Shown here: piece by piece, positions 19,141 to 29,889 of the stretch
Position numbering within the stretch: the first letter of the stretch is position 1
Layout of the letters: every line of letters starts with the position of its first letter
Origin: an uncultured Gemmatimonadales bacterium
GTDB lineage: Bacteria > Gemmatimonadota > Gemmatimonadetes > Longimicrobiales > RSA9
NCBI GenBank assembly: GCA_963708135.1
Contig: OY970192.1
Span: forward strand, 5,248,001-5,312,000
Length of the DNA stretch: 64,000 nucleotides
Direction: 5' to 3'
The notes under the pieces: generated by a model
What the model was told of the DNA's origin: nothing
Database searches by the model: none
The model's input: the letters and a program-made list of their open reading frames with translations, nothing else
Translations under genes and position numbers: made by a program

Positions 19141-20589
19141 TCACCCCGCCGCGACGCGCGCCCGCTCCGCCAGCTCCAGCTCCTCGAGGCTGCGCCCCGA
19201 TGTCTCCCGGAACAGGGCCGCCGTGAGCACGAACGCGACGACGCCCGAGCCGGCGAAGATCTCGAACACCGCGCCCGCGCCCGCCGCGAGCAGCACGGGG
19301 AAGAGCAGCGAGACGAGGAAGTTCGCGCTCCAGTTCAGGAAGATCGCGCCGCCCATGACCGTGCCCCGCGCCCGCAGCGGCAGGAGCTCCGGCAGAACGA
19401 CGCCGAGCATCGGGCCCCACGAGAGCGAGAACGCGGCCTTGAAGACGGCCAGGCAGGCCACCGCCGTCACCCGTCCGGGAGTCGTCTCGAGCGCGGCGCC
19501 GTAGAAGACCAGCCCGAGCACGGCCATGCTGGCGATCATCCCCACCAGGCCGCCGAGCAGCAGCGGGCGGCGGCCCACCGGGTCCACCACCCGCGCCGCG
19601 ACGATGGTCATGATGATGGACAGCATCCCGAGCCCGACGCTGTTCATGATCGCCGCCGAGGTGCCGAAGCCCGCGGCCTTCAGGATCGTCGGCGCGTAGT
19701 AGACGATGGTGTTGATGCCGATCAGCTGCTGGAAGACCGCCAGCACGGCCGCGAAGATGAGGTTGCGCCGCAGCCAGCGCGCGGACAGCAGCTCGAGGAG
19801 CCCCATGCGGTCGGCGCGCTCGGCCGCGCGCATCTCCGCCAGCTCGCGCTCGACCTCCGCCGGCGTGCGGCTGCGGGCGAGCACCGCGCGCGCCTCGTCC
19901 TCCCGGTCGTGGACGAGCAGCCAGCGCGGGGATTCACCCTGGAACCACATTCCCGCGAACATCAGCACCGCCGGCACCACGCCCAGCCCCAGCATGAGCC
20001 GCCACGCGCCGTGGCCGGACAGCGCGTACGCCGTCAGGTACGCCACGAAGATGCCGACGGCGATCATGAGCTGGTTCAGCGACGTCAGCTCGCCCCTGAT
20101 CCGCGTGGGCGCCATCTCCGCCAGGTAGAGCGGCACCATCACGCTCGCCACCCCGACCGCGAGCCCCAGCACCAGCCGGAACCCCATCAGCACCACCGCC
20201 GTCGGCGAGAGCGCGGCGCCCAGCGCCCCGGCGGCGAACACCGCCCCGGCCGCGAGCAGCAGCCGCCGTCGCCCGAGACGGTCGCTCAGCCAGCCCGAGC
20301 CCGCCGCCCCCACCAGCGCGCCCAGCAGCAGCGAGCTGACCACCAGCCCCTGGTCGAGCGGCGTGAGGTCGAGGTCCTGCCGGATGAAGAGGATCGCGCC
20401 CGCGATGATGCCCGTGTCGTAGCCGAACAGCAGCCCGCCCAGCGCGCCGAAGAGGTAGGGCCACCAGCCACCGCGGGGAGCGCTCGTGTGGCCCGACCCC
20501 GCGCCGAGGCCGCCGCCGGACGCGCCGGGGCCCCCGCCGCCCGCGCCGCTTCTCTCCGCGCCGGCGCGCGGGCCTGGTCCCGCCCTCAC
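19141..20589 (-). CDS. MFS sugar porter family transporter
   Basis: GGLLFGYDTG, SDRLGRRR, YLAEMAP..IRG, ESPRWL, QQLIGINTIVYYAP, ETSGRSLEE; GTG start overlaps the upstream stop. Confidence 0.92.
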   Translation of the reverse strand: MRAGPGPRAGAERSGAGGGGPGASGGGLGAGSGHTSAPRGGWWPYLFGALGGLLFGYDTGIIAGAILFIRQDLDLTPLDQGLVVSSLLLGALVGAAGSGWLSDRLGRRRLLLAAGAVFAAGALGAALSPTAVVLMGFRLVLGLAVGVASVMVPLYLAEMAPTRIRGELTSLNQLMIAVGIFVAYLTAYALSGHGAWRLMLGLGVVPAVLMFAGMWFQGESPRWLLVHDREDEARAVLARSRTPAEVERELAEMRAAERADRMGLLELLSARWLRRNLIFAAVLAVFQQLIGINTIVYYAPTILKAAGFGTSAAIMNSVGLGMLSIIMTIVAARVVDPVGRRPLLLGGLVGMIASMAVLGLVFYGAALETTPGRVTAVACLAVFKAAFSLSWGPMLGVVLPELLPLRARGTVMGGAIFLNWSANFLVSLLFPVLLAAGAGAVFEIFAGSGVVAFVLTAALFRETSGRSLEELELAERARVAAG

Positions 20590-21560
20590 CGCCCCAGCCT
20601 GCTCAGCCGCAGCTCGTGGGCGCCGTCCGCGCGGGCGTACTCGTAGTACAGCCACAGCTCGTCGCCCACCGGCACGGCCTCGACGTAGCGCAGCGAGCGC
20701 GTGCCGTGAGGCGAGGTCGCCCAGGGACCATCGGGGGTCAGGCGGGTCCAGCGCTCCAGGTCGTGCGAGAGCGCCAGCCCGCAGTGCTCCTCGTAGTTCT
20801 CTTCCGCGCCGCGCGCCCCGTCGTAGAAGCCGACCCACGCGCCCCCCATGCGCACCACGCTGTTCAGCCGCGCCTGGTAGCCGTCCCAGCCCGTGCCCAC
20901 GTCCAGCACGATCCCCCGCCACTGGAAGCGACGCCCGTCCATGCCGATGGCCAGCGCGGTCGGGTGCGTCGTCACGCCCGTCGCGAAGATGTCCGCCGTC
21001 GCGTGCGCCCGCATCCGCGCCTCGCCCTCCAGCCCCGCCGCCGCCGCCACGCTCGCGAACAGGTGGATGGCCGGCCCGATCCGCAGCGCGTACGGATCCT
21101 TCACGCCCTCCGTGCCGGTCGCCGCCGCCGTCAGCACCGGAGCCGCCGTGGCGACGTCGAAGCCGTCCGGCTCCCGCGCGTGCACCACGTCGATGCGCCA
21201 GCGCTGGTCCGCCGGGTCCACGTAGCTGAGGTAGAGCAGGTAGCCGCCGGCGGGATCGGGCAGCAGACAGGAGCGCTCCATCGACGGCGTGCCCAGCTCG
21301 CCCTTCTCCACCGCCCACACATCCCGGAAGGCGACGCCGTCCCCGCTCACCGCCACCGCGCAACGCCAGCCCCGCTCCGTGGCAGGATCCCCGCGCGGCC
21401 GCCGCCGCCGGTAGGTCAGGAGGAAGCGTCCCCGCTCCGGCTCGTGCAGCACCCCCGGACAGCCCACCCACGTTCCCTCCCCCGCGCCGTCCGGCCGCAG
21501 GATGACGGTGCCCTCCTCGGGGTCGAAGCGGGGCAGCGATGCGCCGACCCGTGTCGTCAT
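20586..21560 (-). CDS. Five-bladed beta-propeller glycosidase-like protein (GH130/GH32/GH43 clan)
   Basis: AVAVSGDGVAF, GVKDPY, GLALSHDLERW, LRYVEAV..ELWLYYE blade motifs. Confidence 0.65.
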   Translation of the reverse strand: MTTRVGASLPRFDPEEGTVILRPDGAGEGTWVGCPGVLHEPERGRFLLTYRRRRPRGDPATERGWRCAVAVSGDGVAFRDVWAVEKGELGTPSMERSCLLPDPAGGYLLYLSYVDPADQRWRIDVVHAREPDGFDVATAAPVLTAAATGTEGVKDPYALRIGPAIHLFASVAAAAGLEGEARMRAHATADIFATGVTTHPTALAIGMDGRRFQWRGIVLDVGTGWDGYQARLNSVVRMGGAWVGFYDGARGAEENYEEHCGLALSHDLERWTRLTPDGPWATSPHGTRSLRYVEAVPVGDELWLYYEYARADGAHELRLSRLGR

Positions 21561-21611
21561 GAGGCGCTCCAGACGTTGGAATTGTTTCGGGAAGCCGCCG
21601 GCCTTGGCCAG

Positions 21612-21800
21612 AGTGGGAGAGTGGGGGAGTGGGCGATGCGGCCCGCTTTCCCGCGCCCTCGCATCGGGCGCGACGCCGACGCCGGCGCGCGCGGGGGCTT
21701 CCGCCTTCTCCCGGCCGGCGCCGGGATCCGCTCTCGGGCTCGGTGCCGGCGGCGCACCGCGAAGCCGCCCCGTCCCCCACTCTCCCACTCCCCCACTCTC
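21612..21800. repeat. Intergenic element bounded by inverted GAGTGGG(A/G) octamer arrays
   Basis: GAGTGGGAGAGTGGGGGAGTGGG at ~21611-21633 and CCCACTCTCCCACTCCCCCACTCTC at ~21776-21800. Confidence 0.75.
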
Positions 21801-21850
21801 GCAGGGGCAAGCCCAGCCGCCCGGAATGTCCCGACAGCCGAGAGCAGCCC

Positions 21851-23290
21851 CTACGCCGACTCCACCACACGATCCCGCGCCTGCCGCAGCCGCGCCCGCA
21901 CGAGGTCCTTGCCGAGGATCGCCATGGCGTCGAAGAGCGGCACGCCGGACGTGCGGTTCATGATGGCGACGTAGACGGGACGCAGCATGTCGCGGAGCTT
22001 GACGTCGAGGTCCGCGGCCGTGTCGCGGACGGCCGTCTCGACGCTCGCGGCGTCCCAGACCTGCACGCCGTCCACCCGCTCGAGCAGCGCGTCCAGCACC
22101 CGGCCCACGGCGGCGGGCTCCTTCAGCTTGCCCGAAACCAGCAGCTCCGGGCTCGGGTCCACGAGGCCGCTGAAGAAGAAGGCCGTGAGCGGCCCCAGCT
22201 CGCTCAGCGTCTCCACCCGCTGCTGCGTCAGCGGCGCGATGGCCATGAGGTACTCCGGGTTCACCGCCCAGTCGCGCACCCGGCGCGCGTATTCGTCCCC
22301 ATCCAGGCTCTCCCGGATCCAGCGACCGTTCAGCCACGAGAGCTTGGTCTGGTCGAAGACCGGGCCGCCCAGCGAGATGCGGTCCAGGTCGAACGCCGCC
22401 ACCATCTCCTCGAGCGTGAACTTCTCCTCCCCCGACGGCATCGACCACGCCATGAGCCCGAGGTAGTTCAACAGCGCCTCGTGCAGGTAGCCCATCCGCT
22501 CGTAGAAGAGAATGCTGGTCGGGTTCTTCCGCTTGCTCAGCTTGCTCCTGTCGGGGTTGCGCAGCAGCGGCAGATGGCACAGCAGCGGCGCCTCCCACCC
22601 GAAGTAGCTGTACAACAGCAGGTGCTTCGGCGCCGACGGAATCCACTCCTCGCCCCTGAGGATGTGCGTGATCCCCATCAGGTGGTCGTCCACCACGTTC
22701 GCCAGGTGGTAGGTCGGCATGCCGTCCGTCTTCAGCAGCACCTGCATGTCCACCTGCGACCACTCGAACGTGATGTCGCCGCGCAGCAGGTCGCTCACCA
22801 CGATCTGCCCCTCGCGCGGCACCTTCATCCGGACCACGTACGGCTCACCCCCGCCGGCCCGCCGCGCCGACTCATCCGCCGGCAGCGCGACGCAGTGCCC
22901 GTCGTAGCCCAGCGGCAGGTTGGCCGCGCGCTGCTCCGCCCTGAGCGCATCCAGCCGCTCCGGTGTGCAGAAGCAGCGGAACGCATGGCCGTCCGCCAGC
23001 AGCCGGTCCACGTGCTCGCGATAGATCTGGCTCCGCTCCGATTGCCGGTACGGCCCGTGCCGCCCGCCCACGTCCGGACCCTCGTCCCAGACGAGCCCGA
23101 GCCAGTGCAGCGCGTCCAGGATCAGGGCCTCGGACTCCGGCGTGCTGCGCTCCCGGTCCGTGTCCTCGATGCGCAGGATGAACTCCCCGCCGTGGTGCTT
23201 CGCGAAGCAGTAGTTGAACAGCGCCACGTACGCCGTCCCCACGTGCGGATCCCCCGTAGGCGACGGCGCGATCCGCGTCCTCACGCCCAT
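21851..23290 (-). CDS. gltX: Glutamate--tRNA ligase
   Basis: [37 protein letters not shown]. Confidence 0.97.
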   Translation of the reverse strand: MGVRTRIAPSPTGDPHVGTAYVALFNYCFAKHHGGEFILRIEDTDRERSTPESEALILDALHWLGLVWDEGPDVGGRHGPYRQSERSQIYREHVDRLLADGHAFRCFCTPERLDALRAEQRAANLPLGYDGHCVALPADESARRAGGGEPYVVRMKVPREGQIVVSDLLRGDITFEWSQVDMQVLLKTDGMPTYHLANVVDDHLMGITHILRGEEWIPSAPKHLLLYSYFGWEAPLLCHLPLLRNPDRSKLSKRKNPTSILFYERMGYLHEALLNYLGLMAWSMPSGEEKFTLEEMVAAFDLDRISLGGPVFDQTKLSWLNGRWIRESLDGDEYARRVRDWAVNPEYLMAIAPLTQQRVETLSELGPLTAFFFSGLVDPSPELLVSGKLKEPAAVGRVLDALLERVDGVQVWDAASVETAVRDTAADLDVKLRDMLRPVYVAIMNRTSGVPLFDAMAILGKDLVRARLRQARDRVVESA

Positions 23291-23369
23291 GCGGCCCTCC
23301 CGCTCATGCCGGATCCGGTATGCCCGTTCCGGCCCCGCCGCGGCAGCCGGCGCGCCCCAGCCGCCGCGC

Positions 23370-25643
23370 TCACCCCAGCCTCCCCGCGAGCAGGTCCTTC
23401 ACCACCTCCGGGTTGGCCTTCCCGCCCGTCTTCCGCATCACCTGCCCCACGAAGAAGCCGATGAGCCCCGTCTTCCCGCCGCGGTACTCGTCCACCTTGG
23501 CCGGGTTCTCGTTCAGCACCGCCTCCACGATCGGCCACAGCGCCTCCCGGTCGCTCACCTGCGTGAGCCCCTTTCTGGCGACAATGTCCCCCGGCGACCC
23601 ACCCGACTCCGCCAGCTCCGCCAGCACCTCGCGGCCCGCGCTGCTCGACAGCGTCCCCTCCTCCACGAGCCGGACGAGCTCCCCGAGCTCCCGTGCCCCG
23701 AACGGCAGCTCGCCCGCCTCCCGCCCCCTCGCCTCCCTCGGCAGCTCGTTCACGATCCAGTTGGCCGCGCCCTCCCGGCTGGCCCCCTCGGCGACCGCGT
23801 CCTCCAGCCACTGCGCCGTCCCCGGCTCCCTCATCGCGATCTCGACGGGAGACGCCGCGCTCTCACCCGATTGCGCCTCTGGTCGTGCCGCCTCACGTCG
23901 TGCCGCCTCTGGTCGTGCCGCCTTTGGTCGTGCCGCCTCACGTCGTGCCGCCGTCCCCTCCGTTTCCTCCGTTTCCTCGGCGGCGGCACGCCGCCCCCAG
24001 GAATCCCGCAGTGTCACCGTCCGATTGAACACCGGCCGCTCCGCCGTCGAGTCCACCGGATCGCGGAAGAAGTAGCCCAGGCGCTCGAACTGGAGGCGCT
24101 CGCCCGCCTCGAGCGCCGCCGGCTCGATGCGCGCATCCGCCAGGACCTCGAGCGACTCCGGGTTCAGCCACTCCCGGAAATCCTCGCCGGACTCCTCCGG
24201 GTCCGGAGCCGTGAACAGCCGGTCGTAGAGCCGCACCTCGCAGCGCGCGGCGTGCGGGGCCGACACCCAGTGGATGGTGCCCTTCGTCCTCGTCTCGTCC
24301 GGCTGAACGCTGCACCTGAGCTCGACCACCCCGCCCGCCTCGTCCTTCACCACCTCGTCGCAGCGGATGACGCGCGCGTGCCGCAGCCGCACCGACGCGC
24401 CCGGCGAGAGCCGGTGCCACCCCTTCGGCGGCGTCTCCGCGAAGTCGTCGCGCTCGATCAGTAGCTCCCGCGAGAACGGCACCCGCCGCGAGCCCTCGGC
24501 CGCCACGTCGTGCGGGAAGCACGGCGCATCGAGCCAGGCGACGTCGCCTTCCTCGACGTTCGTCAGCGTCACGCGCAGCGGCCGGAGCACGCACAGCGTC
24601 CGCGGCGCGCGCGCGTTCAGGTCATCCCGGATGGCGAACTCCAGCTTGCCGATGTCCACCCGGATGTTGGTCTTGGCCACGCCCAGCATCTCGTTGAACG
24701 TGCGCAGCGCCTCCGGCGTCACCCCGCGCCGGCGCAGCCCCGCCACCGTCGGCATGCGCGGGTCGTCCCACCCGGAGACCGCGCTCTCCTTCACCAGCCG
24801 CAACAGCTTGCGCTTGCTCATCACCGTGTAGTCGACGTTCAGCCGCGCGAACTCGTACTGGTGCGGCCGCGCCTCCAGCGGGGTGTGCTCGACCACCCAG
24901 TCGTAGAGCGGCCGGTTGGTCTCGAACTCCAGCGAGCAGAGCGAGTGCGTGACCCCCTCGATCGCGTCCTCGATCGGGTGCGCGTAGTCGTAGAGCGGAT
25001 AGATCGGCCACTCCTCGCCCGTGCGGTAGTGGCTCGCGTGCCGGATGCGGTACAGGATCGGGTCGCGCAGCAGCATGTTCGGCGACGCCATGTCGATCCT
25101 GCCCCGCAGCACGTGCGCCCCGTTCGCGAACTCGCCCGCCCGCATCCGCTGGAACAGGTCCAGGCTCTCCTCGACGGAGCGGTCCCGGTACGGGCTGTCC
25201 CGCCCCGGCGCCGTCACGGTGCCGCGGTTCTCCCGGATCTCTTCCTCATCCTGTGAGTCCACGTACGCGTGTCCCGTGCGGATCAGGTGCAGCGCGAACT
25301 CGTACATCTGCGGGAAGTAATCCGAGGCGAAGAACACCCGCTCCCCCGGCTCAGCCCCAAGCCAGCGCACGTCCTCCAGGATCGCGCGCACGTACGCCAT
25401 GTCCTCGGTCTCGGGATTCGTGTCGTCGAAGCGCAGGTTGAAGACGCCGCCGTTCTCCTGCGCAATGCCCCAGTTCAGCGTGATCGCCTTCGTGTGGCCG
25501 ATGTGCAGGTAGCCGTTCGGCTCCGGCGGGAAGCGCGTCACGACCTTCGTGACCCGCCCGCTCGCCAGATCCTCGGCGACGATGGCGCGGATGAAATCGA
25601 GGCCGGCCCGCGTGCCGGCCTCCGTGGGCGTGTCCGGGGGCAT
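23370..25643 (-). CDS. glnS: Glutamine--tRNA ligase with C-terminal YqeY/GatB domain
   Basis: [48 protein letters not shown], then a GatB-like tail [17 protein letters not shown]. Confidence 0.95.
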   Translation of the reverse strand: MPPDTPTEAGTRAGLDFIRAIVAEDLASGRVTKVVTRFPPEPNGYLHIGHTKAITLNWGIAQENGGVFNLRFDDTNPETEDMAYVRAILEDVRWLGAEPGERVFFASDYFPQMYEFALHLIRTGHAYVDSQDEEEIRENRGTVTAPGRDSPYRDRSVEESLDLFQRMRAGEFANGAHVLRGRIDMASPNMLLRDPILYRIRHASHYRTGEEWPIYPLYDYAHPIEDAIEGVTHSLCSLEFETNRPLYDWVVEHTPLEARPHQYEFARLNVDYTVMSKRKLLRLVKESAVSGWDDPRMPTVAGLRRRGVTPEALRTFNEMLGVAKTNIRVDIGKLEFAIRDDLNARAPRTLCVLRPLRVTLTNVEEGDVAWLDAPCFPHDVAAEGSRRVPFSRELLIERDDFAETPPKGWHRLSPGASVRLRHARVIRCDEVVKDEAGGVVELRCSVQPDETRTKGTIHWVSAPHAARCEVRLYDRLFTAPDPEESGEDFREWLNPESLEVLADARIEPAALEAGERLQFERLGYFFRDPVDSTAERPVFNRTVTLRDSWGRRAAAEETEETEGTAARREAARPKAARPEAARREAARPEAQSGESAASPVEIAMREPGTAQWLEDAVAEGASREGAANWIVNELPREARGREAGELPFGARELGELVRLVEEGTLSSSAGREVLAELAESGGSPGDIVARKGLTQVSDREALWPIVEAVLNENPAKVDEYRGGKTGLIGFFVGQVMRKTGGKANPEVVKDLLAGRLG
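23874..23948. repeat. 15-bp tandem repeat x5 in the GlnRS-YqeY linker
   Basis: CGCCTC(TG/AC)GTCGTGC units encoding [10 protein letters not shown]. Confidence 0.9.
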
Positions 25644-25922
25644 GTCCGCTCGTTCGTTCTTCGGTGATCGCTCGCCCGCGCACGCGCTCGCGTGCCCGGG
25701 GTGGTGCCGGGATCGGGTCGCTCCCGGCCGGCACAGCGCCACAACATACCCCGATTCCGCGATTCCGGCACCCGCGGGCGGGCTGGCCGGGCTGGCCCCC
25801 GCAAGCTCGACAACGTGACGCGGAGGCGTCGGAGCTTTCCGGGGACTCGGAGGAGACTATCTTGTCTGGCGCCCTCTCCGGACTCGGTTCCGGTCCGCTG
25901 CCTCAAACCGCCAGGAGGCGCC

Positions 25923-26627
25923 ATGAACGTCCTCACCGGCACCAGCGGCTTCGCCTACAAGGAGTGGAAGGGCAGCTTCTACCCGGAGGACCTGAAGGGC
26001 GACGACATGCTCCGCTACTACGCGGAGCGGCTGCCCGCCGTCGAGATCAACAACACCTTCTATCGGATGCCGAAGGAGAGCGTGCTGGAGGGGTGGGCGT
26101 CGCAGGTGCCGGAGTCGTTCCGCTTCGTGCTCAAGGCCTCGCGCCAGATCACGCACATGAAGCGGCTGAAGGAGGTGGACGAGCCGGTCGAGTACCTGCT
26201 CTCGAAGGCCGCCGCGCTCGGCCGACGCCTGGGGCCGCTGCTCTTCCAGCTGCCGCCCAACCTGAAGAAGGACCTGCCCCGCCTCGAGGCGTTCCTCGGG
26301 CTCGTCCACGAGCCGTACCGCGTGGCGCTCGACTTCCGCAGCGAGACCTGGTTCGGCGACGACGTCTTCGATGCCCTGCGCGCCCACGGCGCCGCGCTCT
26401 GCATCGAGGATGGCGACGAGCTGTCCGCGCCCCGCGTCGCCACCGCGCCCTGGGGCTACCTGAGGCTGCGTCGCCCCGACTACGACACCGCCGCCCTGGA
26501 CGATTGGGCCGCCTGGGTCCGCGCCCAGGCCTGGGACGACGCCTTCGTCTTCTTCAAGCACGAGGAGGCCGGCACCGGGCCGCGGCTGGCCGCGGAATTC
26601 GCCCCGAGATTCGGCGCAGGAGGGTGA
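25923..26627 (+). CDS. DUF72 (YecE-like) protein
   Basis: GTSGFAYKEWKGSFYP, VEINNTFY, LLFQLPP, YLRLR, FFKHE; RBS AGGAGG. Confidence 0.92.
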   Translation: MNVLTGTSGFAYKEWKGSFYPEDLKGDDMLRYYAERLPAVEINNTFYRMPKESVLEGWASQVPESFRFVLKASRQITHMKRLKEVDEPVEYLLSKAAALGRRLGPLLFQLPPNLKKDLPRLEAFLGLVHEPYRVALDFRSETWFGDDVFDALRAHGAALCIEDGDELSAPRVATAPWGYLRLRRPDYDTAALDDWAAWVRAQAWDDAFVFFKHEEAGTGPRLAAEFAPRFGAGG

Positions 26628-26649
26628 CGTGCCGCTGCGAAGCGCTGGT

Positions 26650-27051
26650 TCAGGCGTACCCGGTCCGGAATCGCCAGTTCTTGTCGAAGATCATCGTCGG
26701 CGTGGATACGTCCGTGCCTAACACGCTGGGATCCTCGACGACGTAGCGCAATCCCACGCGCACGACGATCACTTGCCGCTGAGCAGTGGAGTTGACCTTG
26801 AGGTTGTAGGCGGTCACTGCGGCAGCGCAAATGGTGTCGTCCACGATCAACTCCACGTCGGCACTCGTACCGCTGTGAAGCTGTAGATCCCTTCGGATGT
26901 CATCGTACGCCGGATCGCTGATCACCCTGATTAGATAGCCGATGAGGTTCGCCGCCTTGTAGTCGTAAGGCCGACAGGCGGACTGCGCTTGGCCGGCCTG
27001 GGGCGTCAGCAGCAGGACGGCGGCCGCGAGTGTTCCGAGCAACTTGCGCAT
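26650..27051 (-). CDS. Small secreted hypothetical protein, lower GC than flanks
   Basis: RBS AAGGA, signal peptide MRKLLGTLAAAVLLLTPQAGQA, two Cys. Confidence 0.7.
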   Translation of the reverse strand: MRKLLGTLAAAVLLLTPQAGQAQSACRPYDYKAANLIGYLIRVISDPAYDDIRRDLQLHSGTSADVELIVDDTICAAAVTAYNLKVNSTAQRQVIVVRVGLRYVVEDPSVLGTDVSTPTMIFDKNWRFRTGYA

Positions 27052-27249
27052 GGTAACGCTTCCTTTCCGTCCAGGGGGGTCAGAACCAGCCGCAGCCCCT
27101 ATGGGGGCAGAACCAGATATGTGGATTGGCGGACCGCTGGTCTTGGGGTGTACCCGGGTCGAGGCCCGAGCCCCGACCACCGACCCCCCACCCCCGAGCC
27201 TCGCATCCCGAGCTCTGGAGCCCCCGAGCCGCCGAGCCCCGAGCCATCC

Positions 27250-29889
27250 TCAGCCCTCCAGCCTCTTCCCCAATCTCAGGACGGCCTCGACCAGGTCCGG
27301 CCGTTCCGTCAGCACGCCCGCCAACGGATCCCGCCTGAGCTTCTTCATCCGCGCGGGGGCGTTGCGGATGGTGTAGTCGCCGAGCGAGAGCCCCTTCCGC
27401 ACCTCGGTCCAGCGCAGCGGCATCGACACCGGCGCACCCTCGAGCGGACGCGCGCTGAACGGCGCGGCGAGCAGCTTGCCGTGTCCGTTCTGCAGGTAGT
27501 CAACGTAGACCTTTCCCCCGCGCCGGGACACCTGTCGGGTGATCGTGCACGTGTCCGGCAGCTCTCTCACCACGAGCCGCGCGAGCAGCTCCCCGAGCTG
27601 TCGGGCCTGCTCGTGCGTGCACACGCCGCCCAGCGGCACCAGCACGTGGAGCCCCGTCGAGCCGCTCGTCTTCACGAAGCAGGGCAGGGCGGCGTCCTCG
27701 CAGATGCCGTGGAGCACCCGCGCGGCCGCGATCACGTCCTCGAACGGCGCGCCCTTCGGGTCCAGGTCGAGGATGCACCAGTCCGGCCGCTCGAGGGAGT
27801 CGATCCGACTCGACCAGATGTGCAGCGGGATCGCCGCCATGTTGGCCAGGTAGACGAGGCCCTCCTCCGAGTCGATCACGAAGTAGTTCAGCTCGCGCTG
27901 CGAGTCCTCGCTCCACACCCGCACGCGCCGCAGCCAGTCCGGCGCGTACGCCGGCGCATCCTTCTGGAAGAACGACTTGCCGTGGATCCCGTCCGGGTAG
28001 CGCGTGAGCACCACCGGCCGCTCCTTCAGGTACGGCAGCAGCCACGGCGCGATGCCCCGGTAGTACGCCACCAGGTCCGCCTTGGTGTACCCCTCCTCCG
28101 GCCAGAACACCTTGTCCGGATTCGTGATGGCGACGACGCGCTCCGCCTGCCGACCCCCGCCCCCCGCCTGCCTCTTCCCTGAGCCGGTTACCCCGCCCCC
28201 GGCCCCCGCCCCGGCCCCGGCCGCAGTTGTAGTTGTGGTTGTGGTTGTGGTTGTGGTTGTGGTTGTGGTTGTAGTCGCCTGGCGCTCGAGGTCGGCATCC
28301 GCGCCGAGCGGCGCATCGCACTCTTCGGCCCGCTTGTCCTCCCGGAACCGCACGAACACCGGATGCCGCAGCAGCCCGTCCCGCGTCCACTCGCGGTAGC
28401 GCACCTCCGCCACCAGCGTGGGCCGCACCCAGACGCTCGTGCGCGCGTCCGCCGCCGGCAGCGTGGCCGCCTCGAGGTCGAACCCCGGTGTCTTGCGACG
28501 GTGCCGCGCCAGCTCCCCCGCCACCGCCTCGATCTGCGCATCCGAGAATCCCGTCCCGACCCGGCCCGCGTACATGAAGCCGCCGTCCGCGCAGAACGCC
28601 AGGTGCAGCGCCCCGAACCCCTGGCCGCGGGAGCCCTTCCCCTGCGTGTAGCCGACCACGGCGAAGTCGCCGGTGCGGTCGGCGCGGATCTTCAGCCAGT
28701 CGTCCGAGCGTCCCGCCCGGTACGGCGAGTCGGCCCGCTTGGCCATGATCCCCTCGAGCCCCAGGCGCTCGACCTCGGCGTAGAACGCCTCGCCCTCCGT
28801 CTCCACGTGGTCGGCGTAGCGGACCGGCCCCGCCGCCGGCACGATGCGCCGGAGCAGCTCCTTCCGCCGCACGAGCGGCAGCGGCCGCACGTCCAGCCCG
28901 TCGAACGCCAGGAGGTCGAAGACGAACAGCGTCGCCGCGTGCGACGACGCCGCCCGCCGGATGTCGGGCGCCCGCCGGAGCTGCGCGCGCTCCTGCAGCC
29001 GGCCGAAGCTCGGCCGCCCCGCCTCGTCCAGCACCACCACCTCGCCGTCCAGCACGAGGCGGGGGAAGGGAAGCGAGGCGAGGGCGCGCGCGAGCTCCGG
29101 GAAGAGCTCCGTCGCCTCCTTGCCGTTCCGTGTCGACAGCCGCGCCTTCCCACCCTCCACTTCCGCCAGCAGCCGCCAGCCGTCGTACTTCAGCTCGAAG
29201 AGCCAGCCCTCGCGCCGGAACGCCTTCTCGCGCGTCCCCGCGAGCATCGGCCGCACGGAGGCCAGCTTCACGCGCCCGGGCCTGGCCCCCAGCCGCTCGA
29301 GCGCCGCCCCGATCTCGCCCGCCCGGTCCGCACCCGTGGCCAGATCCTCGATGGAGAGTCCCGAGTAGACGGAGGTCTCGGGGAAGTCGTCGCGGCCCGC
29401 TCCCTCCAGCCCGTCCCGCTCCTTGATCAGCAGCCACTCCTTCTCCGTCTTCTTCATCTTCACGAGCGTCCACCGCCCGCGCAGCTTGTAGCCCCCGAGC
29501 TCGAACAGCAGCTTCCCCTTCTCCAGCCCCTCGCGCGGGTCCTCCAGCGGCTCCCACAGCCCCGTGTCCCACACGATCACCTGCCCCGCGCCGTAGTTGC
29601 CCGCCGGAATCACACCCTCGAAGTCCGCGTAGTCGAGGGGATGGTCCTCCACGTGCACCGCCAGCCGCTTGTTCGCCTGGTCGTACGACGGCCCCTGCGG
29701 CACCGCCCACGAGAGCAGCACCCCGTCCAGCTCCAGCCGGAAATCGTAGTGCAGCCGCCTTGCCGCGTGCTTCTGCACCACGAACCGCAGCGGCGCCCCG
29801 TCCGCCCCGCCCGCCGTCCCTCCGAACGGCTCCGGCGTCCGGTCGGCCGACCGCTTCTCGCGGTACCTCGAGAGTTTGTCCGACGGCAT
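27250..29889 (-). CDS. ligD: NHEJ DNA ligase D (phosphoesterase-ligase-polymerase)
   Basis: FVVQKHAARRLHYDFRLE, ELKYDGWR, YAGRVGTGF, YTKADL, DLDP, KTSGSTGLH, VDYLQN. Confidence 0.97.
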   Translation of the reverse strand: MPSDKLSRYREKRSADRTPEPFGGTAGGADGAPLRFVVQKHAARRLHYDFRLELDGVLLSWAVPQGPSYDQANKRLAVHVEDHPLDYADFEGVIPAGNYGAGQVIVWDTGLWEPLEDPREGLEKGKLLFELGGYKLRGRWTLVKMKKTEKEWLLIKERDGLEGAGRDDFPETSVYSGLSIEDLATGADRAGEIGAALERLGARPGRVKLASVRPMLAGTREKAFRREGWLFELKYDGWRLLAEVEGGKARLSTRNGKEATELFPELARALASLPFPRLVLDGEVVVLDEAGRPSFGRLQERAQLRRAPDIRRAASSHAATLFVFDLLAFDGLDVRPLPLVRRKELLRRIVPAAGPVRYADHVETEGEAFYAEVERLGLEGIMAKRADSPYRAGRSDDWLKIRADRTGDFAVVGYTQGKGSRGQGFGALHLAFCADGGFMYAGRVGTGFSDAQIEAVAGELARHRRKTPGFDLEAATLPAADARTSVWVRPTLVAEVRYREWTRDGLLRHPVFVRFREDKRAEECDAPLGADADLERQATTTTTTTTTTTTTTTTTAAGAGAGAGGGVTGSGKRQAGGGGRQAERVVAITNPDKVFWPEEGYTKADLVAYYRGIAPWLLPYLKERPVVLTRYPDGIHGKSFFQKDAPAYAPDWLRRVRVWSEDSQRELNYFVIDSEEGLVYLANMAAIPLHIWSSRIDSLERPDWCILDLDPKGAPFEDVIAAARVLHGICEDAALPCFVKTSGSTGLHVLVPLGGVCTHEQARQLGELLARLVVRELPDTCTITRQVSRRGGKVYVDYLQNGHGKLLAAPFSARPLEGAPVSMPLRWTEVRKGLSLGDYTIRNAPARMKKLRRDPLAGVLTERPDLVEAVLRLGKRLEG
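28225..28272. repeat. (RGTTGT)8 microsatellite encoding a poly-Thr linker in LigD
   Basis: Eight hexamer units; Thr run between the ligase and polymerase domains. Confidence 0.95.

Noticed and set aside
19141..21870. 909-aa fused transporter
   Set aside because: The N-terminal ~430 aa is an alternate-frame read of the glycosidase gene; the real MFS begins near 20589
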